Source: a virus | Taxonomy: Duplodnaviria > Heunggongvirae > Uroviricota > Caudoviricetes | DNA length: 13,990 nucleotides | Reading direction: 5' to 3' (one strand) | Virus record (IMG/VR): IMGVR_UViG_2563366982_000004 | Part shown: positions 1-7,750 of the stretch, piece after piece | How positions within the stretch are numbered: the first letter of the stretch is position 1 | Layout of the letters: each line of letters begins with the position of its first letter | Translations under genes and position numbers: made by a program | Notes under the pieces: generated by a model | What the model was told of the DNA's origin: nothing | Databases searched by the model: none | What the model saw: the letters and a program-made list of their open reading frames with translations, nothing else

Positions 1-858
1 ATGTTGAAACTTAAACAACCTGCTTACACATATGCCGATATGCTGACTAGTTGCCGCGAAGGCATAACCGGTAATCCGGGCTTGTTGCTGAAAGTAAATG
101 AAGCAATAACTGATTTGCAAACACTGGCAGCTTCATATAGCGCATCGGCATCAACTGGTGAGCTTTATACAATACAACCATTGAAAAACAAAGATAAGGA
201 AGACCCTATTGTTGTCGGTCGGTTAAAGAAATCTGACTTTGTTAAGCTTTATGGCAATTATGTTGTTGGGAAGAAAAAGCCTGCTCGAGCTATTTATGAT
301 TCCCTGATTACTGCTGCTAATGAAAAATGTCCATATTGTGGTGGAATTGGGCGCCCTCGAAATTTAGATCATTATTTGCCTAAAGCTTACTATCCTCAGT
401 TTTCTATATTGCCAGTTAATCTGGTGCCTGCTTGTCGAGACTGTAATATGGATGGCAAAGGGGAAGTTTTTGCAAGAAATGAAGCAGAACAGATCATACA
501 TCCCTATTTAGACGATAGCCGTTATTATGATGAACAGTGGATATCGGCTAGATACTTGGCTGGCAAAAATGATGAGCCAGGAGTTATTGAGTATTTTGTT
601 TCTCCACCGGCTGATTGGGATGAAGCACACAAACAAAGAGTGGAAAAACATTTTAACGATTTTGATTTGTCTTTAAGATATTCGAAAGAGGCTAGTGCGA
701 GATTAGTTGTACTTTTAGCTCTATATAACTCAGTGCTACCACTCTCCAGAGATAAAAATGCTGCTAAACACCTTATATTTCAAACAATAATTAATAAATC
801 GCCTTTTGTGAATCATTGGGAACGGGTTATGTGTTTGGCTCTTATGTCAGACTTGTAG
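1..858 (+). CDS. HNH-motif nuclease-family protein, function unknown (may be 5'-partial, since the ORF starts at window base 1)
   Basis: Translation carries CPYCGG...NLDHYLP...VNLVPACRDCN, i.e. CxxC / DH / N / CxxC spacing typical of HNH (beta-beta-alpha-Me) nucleases. Flanked by ~110 aa N-terminal and ~130 aa C-terminal regions I do not recognise. Not McrA and not Lit (no HExxH). Coding region looks A+T-richer than the phage core by eye. Confidence 0.55.
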   Translation: MLKLKQPAYTYADMLTSCREGITGNPGLLLKVNEAITDLQTLAASYSASASTGELYTIQPLKNKDKEDPIVVGRLKKSDFVKLYGNYVVGKKKPARAIYDSLITAANEKCPYCGGIGRPRNLDHYLPKAYYPQFSILPVNLVPACRDCNMDGKGEVFARNEAEQIIHPYLDDSRYYDEQWISARYLAGKNDEPGVIEYFVSPPADWDEAHKQRVEKHFNDFDLSLRYSKEASARLVVLLALYNSVLPLSRDKNAAKHLIFQTIINKSPFVNHWERVMCLALMSDL

Positions 859-912
859 TAATGCTTGAAGTTTTTATTTCTGTTCTAATTTCGTAGTTCC
901 ATTTTATTAAAT

Positions 913-947
913 AGATACCAAGCTCTATGCATAAGAGCTTGGTATCT
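913..947. terminator. Perfect 14-bp inverted repeat (AGATACCAAGCTCT / AGAGCTTGGTATCT) with 7-nt loop, between the convergent HNH gene and int; possible bidirectional terminator
   Basis: Palindrome read directly from the sequence. Flanks are A/T-rich on both sides but there is no clean U-tract, so terminator function is tentative. Confidence 0.35.
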
Positions 948-1126
948 ATTGAAATTAAGCTCAATAACTGATCTGCTCTCCATTGATTAACACGTCACAA
1001 TATTAGTAATGTAACTATTAGGTTTCGAGATTAACTGCGAACTTCTGCTTTTTGCTCAAAGTGGACTGTTTGGTTCTTTTTCAAGTGTAGTTCGAAATTC
1101 AAGGTGGCGTTAAGGCACTTAATGCT

Positions 1127-2253
1127 TTACAACGCTACTTTACTCCATCCTTTACCTCGATCATCATGATAACGATCGGTTTGCTGTTGCGTTTTATGAC
1201 CAAGTAGTTTTTGTGTATTTAAACCCTGTTCTTTATACAAACGTTCTGATAAAGACCTTTGTTCATGAAATGTTGCGGGAGAACCTTCACCCCAGTTAAT
1301 TCCTGCTAAATCCCTCGCTTTACTGAAATTCATCGTCAATGTATTGGCTTTAACCTGCGCGCCGCGTTCAGCCTGTGAGGTAGTACGAAAAAAATGTACA
1401 AGGTATGGGCTGACAGCATAGTCACGGCAGCGGGCTACTACATCGCGCAAACTCCATTTAATCGCATTGAGACGCAGGGAAAGCGGGATGGCGATTTTGC
1501 TCCCGGTTTTTTCCTGGATGACATGGAGATGATCATCCCAAATATCGCTAAATTTCATACGCGAGATATCACCTAACCTCTGGCCGGTAACCAGTGCTAA
1601 CAGCATGGCATTCCCCATATAACGATGACTGGCATCAGCGATATCAAAGATTTTTTGCCACTCTTCAAGACTTAACCGTTGTCGGGTAATTTTTCTTCTG
1701 GGCTGTTTGGTGGCTAATGCCGGGTTATAGCCAGGGGGACTTCTCCGTAGTGTTGCGCCTCTTTGAAAACATCAATCAGTACGGAACGAACTACTTGCGC
1801 CATTCTCGGCTGTCCGGCGGCGATATACTCGTCAAGCAACTGGGCTATATCCCTGACATCAACGGCTGAAATTAACTTCAGTCCTGCTCGTTCCCTGAGC
1901 AAGGATACTGGTTTGGCTTTCTGTTTATAGGTGTTGAGCTTTATATCGCCACTTTTCAGTCTGTCTTCCTGGATTGCTTGATAGCGATCTAACCAGGTTG
2001 ACGTTGTGATTGCTTTTCCTTTGCTGGTTGCGATCCTGTCACTGATAGCTAGAATCTGCCGGGTTCTTTGCTCAGCTAGGCGTGTATTGGCCTCAGTGGC
2101 AATAGCAATGGCTTCAGCTTCGTTTGTGCCCAAAGAATGAAACTTCCCGGTCACTGGATGCTTATATCGCCAATAAACTTTATTTACTTTTCTGCTATAG
2201 AGCGGATACAAGTTCGGGACTGAAACATTATTCTTACGTGGTCTGGCTGCCAT
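1127..2253 (-). pseudogene. int: Lambda-family tyrosine integrase, split by a frameshift into an N-terminal ORF (1714..2253) and a C-terminal ORF (1127..1618)
   Basis: N-terminal ORF (MAARPRKNN...GEVPLAITRH) and C-terminal ORF (...LLALVTGQRLGD...FHEQRSLSERLY...LLGHK...RYHDDRG) together match the lambda Int arm-binding and catalytic domains. The two ORFs are in different frames. Reading through the 1619..1713 gap in the C-terminal frame gives a continuous Int-like sequence (...GYNPALATKQPRRKITRQRLSLEEWQKIFDIADASHRYMGNAMLL). The shift maps to a G5 run at 1734..1738. Confidence 0.8.
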
Positions 2254-2384
2254 TACTTAAAATCCTTTGTAGAATAATAGAATCACTTTTCTTAATGACA
2301 GGAGTAACTAATTCTCCAACTAACTCTGCGTCCTCACGTACTCGCCATAGTCGACCTTGTTTCATTGCCGGTGTGTAGTGGCAC
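2234..2384 (-). pseudogene. xis: Excisionase (xis) remnant, 3' end overlapping the int start; 5' end abuts the IS left terminus
   Basis: Minus-strand frame reads ...MKQGRLWRVREDAELVGELVTPVIKKSDSIILQRILSNGSQTT*, resembling the C-terminal two thirds of lambda Xis (W-VRE ... LLKRIRNG). Stop overlaps the int ATG as in lambda. Only ~50 codons remain before the IS end, so an N-terminal loss is likely but not proven. Confidence 0.45.
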
Positions 2385-2456
2385 TGAAGTGGTTTACTGA
2401 ATTTGGCCACCTGAACAGAGGTGATATGCTCACCTCAGAACAACACAGGTGCCATA

Positions 2457-3604
<1,148 letters not shown>

Positions 3605-3636
3605 CTCGGTGGCCAGTTTTTGTTGACCACTTCAAT

Positions 3637-4059
3637 CGCGGTAACTTCATCGCTATCGGCCAGCAGATCCAGCCTTATCTGGAGGACGGAAAATGCTTTC
3701 GCATGGTGCTTAAACCGTGGCGTGAGAAACGCAGTCTTTCCCAGAATGCACTCAGCCATATGTGGTACAGCGAAATCAGTGAATACCTCATCAGCAGGGG
3801 GAAATCGTTCGCTACCGCAGCATGGGTAAAAGATGCTCTCAAACACACATACCTCGGTTATGAAACCAAGGACCTGGTTGATGTCGTAACCGGCGAAATC
3901 ACTACTATCCAGTCGTTACGCCATACCTCCGATCTTGATACCGGAGAGATGTATGTCTTCCTGTGTAAGGTTGAAGCCTGGGCGATGAATATTGGCTGCC
4001 ACCTGACTATTCCGCAGAGCTGCGAGTTCCAGCTGCTGCGCGACAAGCAGGAGGCGTAA
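3637..4059 (+). pseudogene. ninB: NinB-like recombination protein (YbcN-like), 5'-truncated at the IS right end; first in-frame ATG at 3703
   Basis: The frame is open from the IS boundary (RGNFIAIGQQIQPYLEDGKCFRMVLKPWREKRSLSQN...), aligning to lambda NinB from about residue 10 onward (QQI.P...RSLDQN). No start codon or ribosome-binding site remains upstream. Confidence 0.7.
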
Positions 4060-4229
4060 TGGCTACACCGCTTATTCGTGTCATGAACGGACACATCTAC
4101 AAAGTACCAAATCGTCGTAAGCGTAAACCTGAGCTGAAGCCATCCGAAATACCAACACTGCTCGGGTATACCGCCAGCCTGGTTGATAAAAAATGGTTGC
4201 GACTGGCAGCAAGGAGGAATCATGGCTGA
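4059..4229 (+). CDS. ninE: NinE-like small protein (56 aa); absent from the ORF track because it is under 60 aa
   Basis: Hand translation: [59 protein letters not shown] overlaps the ninB stop (TAATG). Position and basic composition match NinE of lambdoid nin regions. Confidence 0.6.
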   Translation: MATPLIRVMNGHIYKVPNRRKRKPELKPSEIPTLLGYTASLVDKKWLRLAARRNHG

Positions 4230-4512
4230 TTTAAGAAAAGCAGCGCGTGGTCGGGAATGCCAGGTAAGAATCCCTGGCGTATGTAATGGCAATCCTGAAA
4301 CGTCAGTACTGGCACATATCCGGCTGGCTGGATTGTGCGGTACCGGTATCAAACCGCCAGACCTGATTGCCACCATTGCATGTTCTGCCTGCCACGACGA
4401 AATCGACCGTCGCACGCATTTTGTTGACGCTGGATATGCAAAAGAATGCGCGCTGGAAGGTATGGCGAGAACACAGGTTATCTGGTTGAAAGAGGGGGTT
4501 ATTGAGGCGTGA
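4222..4512 (+). CDS. ybcO: YbcO-like DUF1364 protein (putative Cys-rich nuclease of the nin region)
   Basis: [34 protein letters not shown]...[11 protein letters not shown] matches the DLP12-type YbcO. AGGAGG lies 6 nt upstream of the ATG at 4222; the track start at 4183 is probably not the real start. Confidence 0.7.
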   Translation: MADLRKAARGRECQVRIPGVCNGNPETSVLAHIRLAGLCGTGIKPPDLIATIACSACHDEIDRRTHFVDAGYAKECALEGMARTQVIWLKEGVIEA

Positions 4513-4871
4513 ATACCTACAGCATCACATTACCCTGGCCTCCGAGCAATAATCGCTATTACCGCCATAATCGTGGGCGCACGCACGTCAGCGCAGAGGG
4601 GCAGGCATACTGCGATAACGTCGCCCGAATCATTAAAAACGCAATGCTGGATATCGGCTTGGCTATGCCAGTGAAAATCAGCATTGAGTGCCACATGCCG
4701 GATCGCCGTCGCCGTGACCTTGATAATCTGCAAAAGGCCGCTTTTGACGCACTCACCAAAGCAGGTTTCTGGCTGGATGATGCTCAGGTCGTTGATTACC
4801 GCGTTGTGAAGATGCCCGTTACCAAAGGTGGGAAGCTGGAGCTGACTATCACTGAACTGGGAGATGAATGA
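4509..4871 (+). CDS. rusA: RusA Holliday-junction resolvase
   Basis: [34 protein letters not shown]...[25 protein letters not shown] is near-identical to my recollection of E. coli RusA. GTG start overlaps the ybcO stop (GTGA). Confidence 0.9.
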   Translation: MNTYSITLPWPPSNNRYYRHNRGRTHVSAEGQAYCDNVARIIKNAMLDIGLAMPVKISIECHMPDRRRRDLDNLQKAAFDALTKAGFWLDDAQVVDYRVVKMPVTKGGKLELTITELGDE

Positions 4872-5008
4872 TGTTTGAGTCTTATATGGCAGAGCGTCTT
4901 CGCCGCCGCTGGGTGCGCCTGCGCTTATATCGTTTTCCTGGTTCTGTTTTGACCGATTACCGAATACTGAAGAATTACGCCAAAACCCTGACAGGAGCAG
5001 GAGTATGA
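4868..5008 (+). CDS. ylcG: YlcG-like small protein (46 aa); not in the ORF track
   Basis: Hand translation: [49 protein letters not shown] overlaps the rusA stop. Matches the small ORF between rusA and Q in DLP12-type prophages. Confidence 0.5.
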   Translation: MMFESYMAERLRRRWVRLRLYRFPGSVLTDYRILKNYAKTLTGAGV

Positions 5009-5093
5009 AGTCAGAGATAACAATCAACTAATACTGTTTTGTTGATTTTTGCTTGTAATTGGCGTTCTGGTCTGATTTTTGTGGAGTAAGTTG

Positions 5094-5477
5094 ATGCGTG
5101 ATATTCAGATGGTTCTTGAGCGTTGGGGAGCGTGGGCGGCTAATAATCATGAAGATGTGACCTGGTCGTCCGTTGCCGCCGGTTTTAAGGGATTAATTCC
5201 TTCAAAAGTAAAATCTCGCCCGCAATGTTGTGACGATGACGCGATGATCATTTGCGGGTGCATGGCCCGTCTGAAAAAGAACAACAGCGATTTACACGAT
5301 TTATTAGTAGATTATTATGTATGTGGTATGACATTCATGTCACTGGCAAGTAAGCATTGCTGCTCGGATGGTTATATCGGGAAAAGGTTACAGAAGGCTG
5401 AGGGCATAATTGAAGGGATGTTAATGGCATTAGATATCCGGTTAGATATGGATATCGTTGCTAATAATTCTAATTGA
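5094..5477 (+). CDS. quuD: Late-gene antiterminator Q (QuuD-like)
   Basis: [26 protein letters not shown]...[16 protein letters not shown]... matches the DLP12 QuuD-type Q protein. GGAGTAAG lies upstream of the ATG at 5094; the track start at 5079 is probably an upstream in-frame ATG. Confidence 0.8.
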   Translation: MRDIQMVLERWGAWAANNHEDVTWSSVAAGFKGLIPSKVKSRPQCCDDDAMIICGCMARLKKNNSDLHDLLVDYYVCGMTFMSLASKHCCSDGYIGKRLQKAEGIIEGMLMALDIRLDMDIVANNSN

Positions 5478-5509
5478 TATGCAATTGTTTACTAAAAGTT
5501 ATTAAAAAT

Positions 5510-5528
5510 GGGGCGTGGAAACGCCCCC
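5510..5528 (-). terminator. GC-rich hairpin (GGGGCGT-ggaaa-ACGCCCC) followed on the minus strand by a U-rich tract; candidate intrinsic terminator for the porin transcript
   Basis: 7-bp G/C stem. The downstream minus-strand sequence is ATTTTTAATAA. On the plus strand it is not followed by a T-run. Confidence 0.4.
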
Positions 5529-5614
5529 AAAATAAAGGGTAATATATAACAGAAGGTTTATATAGTAAGAAGCAAGGTAGTGCTTCTAAAGGAAGTGGCT
5601 TGAGGGCTCCACTT

Positions 5615-5656
5615 ATATGTTGCGGAGGCAAAGCCTCCCGCAACATATCTTTTTCG
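5615..5656 (+). terminator. Rho-independent terminator on the plus strand, downstream of Q (tR'-like)
   Basis: ATATGTTGCGGAGGC-aaa-GCCTCCCGCAACATAT, a ~15-bp stem with one bulge, followed by CTTTTTCG. Confidence 0.55.
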
Positions 5657-5665
5657 TAAGTCAGA

Positions 5666-6748
5666 TTAGAACTGATAAACCAGACCTACAGCGACGATGT
5701 CGTCGGTATCAATACCAGCTGTTTTGGTAAACTTACTATCGTCAATTAAGTTGATTTTGTAATCAACAAAAGTGGACATGTTTTTATTAAAGTAGTAAGT
5801 AGCACCGACATCGACATACTTGACTAAGTCTCGGTCACCATGAACACCAAGGTCTTTACCTTTTGACTGAAGGTAAGCAACAGATGGTCGCAGACCGAAG
5901 TCAAACTGATATTGTGCTACTGCTTCAAAGTTTTGTGCTTTGTTTGCAATATGGTTATTACCAAAAACGGTCATATTCTGAGTTTCAGAATATGTGGTAG
6001 CCAGATAGATATTGTTCGCATCATATTTCAGGCCTGCAGCCCATACTTCCGCATTTTTGCCGGAGGCATTGAATTTGCTCTTACCATAGGCGACCTGACC
6101 GTCAGTGCGATCTGATTTAGCATAGGTTGCACCCACGCCGAATCCTTCATACTCATAAGTAGTGGAGAAACCGAAACCATCACCATTGGCTTCAGTTACG
6201 TCAGTGCGGTCATTTTTACCCTGATACTGAGCAGCAAAGTTCAGGCCATCGACCAGACCAAAGAAGTCGTTGTTACGATAAGTTGCAACACCAGTAGTGC
6301 GACCAGTCATGAACACATCTGTTTGGGTCCAGGTATCACCACCGAATTCTGGCAGGACGTCAGTCCACGCACCGATGTCGTATGCTACACCGTAGTTACG
6401 GCCGTAATCGATTGAGCCGTAATCACCAAATTTCAGGCCTGCAAATGCAAGACGGGTTTTGTCTTTGGAAGAACCTTGAGATTCAGCACGGTTGCCTTTG
6501 AATTCATATTCCCACTGACCGAAACCAGTCAGTTGATCGTTGATTTGGGTTTCACCTTTGAAGCCAAGACGGGCATAAGTAGTATCACCATCATCTGCAT
6601 CATTAGAGGAGAAGTAGTGCTTGGCATTAACTTTCCCGTATAGATCCAGCTTGTTACTGTCTTTATTATAAATTTCAGCTGCCTGAGCAGACATCGCCAT
6701 CAGTACTGATGCAGCTACAGCAGAAATTGCCACTGTTAATTTTTTCAT
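5666..6748 (-). CDS. nmpC: OmpC/OmpF-family outer-membrane porin, prophage-encoded (NmpC / Lc type), apparently intact
   Basis: 360 aa with signal peptide [23 protein letters not shown], a full-length porin body and the C-terminal ...VGLVYQF beta-barrel signature. Matches NmpC/Lc. RBS AAGGG lies upstream on the minus strand. Confidence 0.9.
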   Translation of the reverse strand: MKKLTVAISAVAASVLMAMSAQAAEIYNKDSNKLDLYGKVNAKHYFSSNDADDGDTTYARLGFKGETQINDQLTGFGQWEYEFKGNRAESQGSSKDKTRLAFAGLKFGDYGSIDYGRNYGVAYDIGAWTDVLPEFGGDTWTQTDVFMTGRTTGVATYRNNDFFGLVDGLNFAAQYQGKNDRTDVTEANGDGFGFSTTYEYEGFGVGATYAKSDRTDGQVAYGKSKFNASGKNAEVWAAGLKYDANNIYLATTYSETQNMTVFGNNHIANKAQNFEAVAQYQFDFGLRPSVAYLQSKGKDLGVHGDRDLVKYVDVGATYYFNKNMSTFVDYKINLIDDSKFTKTAGIDTDDIVAVGLVYQF

Positions 6749-6990
6749 TGTACGCCCTTTTTTTTGAACTATTATTAAAAAATGATGTCACTGCGCGATA
6801 AATATTCATCTAATCAATGCGATTATTTCAAGATGTAAGTTTTAGTTTCTCATTTAATTTGTGAAGTAGATCTCTATTTTTATCTGAACCTTTTCTATCT
6901 AATCCTATTCATGGCTCTTGTTTGAACGAAAATAAATCTATTAGCTAATTTATATTAATGGCACTTATTTATAAGCGCTCTATAATTCTT
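6749..6990 (-). promoter_or_regulatory. A+T-rich upstream region of the porin gene (probable promoter/regulatory region)
   Basis: Long noncoding A+T-rich tract immediately 5' of nmpC on its coding strand. No individual -35/-10 or regulator site can be assigned by eye. Confidence 0.35.
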
Positions 6991-7175
6991 TAACTTAATT
7001 TAAACAAACTAAAAATAACATCGGAAATTATTCATTGGTTATTTGTTGAAGTTTTCTTATGTATTTGTGGTGGTGTTTTGAACACTCGGTGGCATTCTCA
7101 CAAATATCATTTAGTAGTTTACGTACGTAAAAAATTGGTTATGCTGTTAAGAGTGGTTACTTCGTCACACAGCTT

Positions 7176-7208
7176 AAACCCGCCGTCGAGCGGGTTTTTC
7201 CATTTTTT
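7176..7208 (+). terminator. Rho-independent terminator on the plus strand with no ORF upstream (lambda tR'-like: AAACCCGC-cgtcga-GCGGGTTT + TTCCATTTTTTG)
   Basis: 8-bp stem plus T-tract, resembling my recollection of the lambda tR' hairpin (CCGCC...GAGCGGGCTTTTTT). Lies ~130 bp upstream of the holin gene. Confidence 0.55.
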
Positions 7209-7337
7209 GAGTCTCGATATTAGCTGATAACCCAATACCTGAGTTATTCACTGACTCCGAATCTGTTACGTTTCTGCCTTTATTGCGATACGTAGTATCC
7301 CCTTAATTTACACCCGCTTTGTCTGCGAGGTGGGGTT

Positions 7338-7553
7338 ATGAAATCCATGGATAAGTTAACAACGGGTGTCGCCTATGGCACCTCAGCAGGTAGTGCCGGG
7401 TACTGGTTTTTACAGTTGCTCGATAAAGTCACGCCCTCACAGTGGGCGGCAATAGGTGTGCTGGGTAGTCTGGTATTTGGCTTGCTGACGTATCTGACAA
7501 ACCTTTATTTCAAGATTAAAGAAGATAAGCGTAAGGCTGCGAGAGGTGAATAA
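7338..7553 (+). CDS. essD: Class II holin / pinholin (S21-like, EssD-like)
   Basis: 71 aa, [71 protein letters not shown], with two transmembrane segments as in phage 21 S. Stop overlaps the next ATG (TAATG). Confidence 0.85.
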
Positions 7554-7750
7554 TGTCGCCATCATTACGCAAGGCTATTGCTGCTGCTATTGGTGGTGGG
7601 GCTGTTGCCATAGCGTCTGTGCTCATCACTGGTCCGAGTGGTGACGATGGCCTGGAAGGTGTCAGCTACATACCATACAAAGATATTGTTGGTGTATGGA
7701 CTGTATGTCACGGGCATACAGGAAAAGACATCATGCTCGGTAAAACGTAT
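7553..7750 (+). pseudogene. rrrD: 5' fragment of the SAR-endolysin gene (rrrD / R21-like) retained as the head of the J fusion
   Basis: Only ~66 codons of an expected ~165-codon lysozyme are present; the rest of the lysozyme fold is missing. Confidence 0.7.

Noticed and set aside
1085-1110. tRNA T-loop-like GTTCGAAAT near the int 3' end, considered as a tRNA-derived att site
   Set aside because: The flanking bases cannot form a T-stem, and no acceptor or anticodon arm is evident. Not a tRNA or a recognisable tRNA fragment.
2124-2378. 84-aa plus-strand ORF overlapping the int start and xis remnant
   Set aside because: Antisense to int/xis with no RBS; most likely spurious.
3623-3651. Outward-facing hybrid promoter from the IS right end (-35 TTGACC at 3623..3628)
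   Set aside because: No acceptable -10 hexamer 16-18 bp downstream in the flank (TTCATC / CTTCAT). Read-through from the IS remains possible, but a hybrid promoter cannot be supported from sequence.
3620-3829. 69-aa plus-strand ORF starting in the IS right end
   Set aside because: It is in a different frame from the NinB-matching frame that occupies the same DNA, and has no recognisable features.
3858-5027. Minus-strand ORFs (185 and 165 aa) antisense to ninB/ninE/ybcO/rusA
   Set aside because: They overlap a tightly packed, translationally coupled run of recognisable plus-strand genes, and their translations show no recognisable features.
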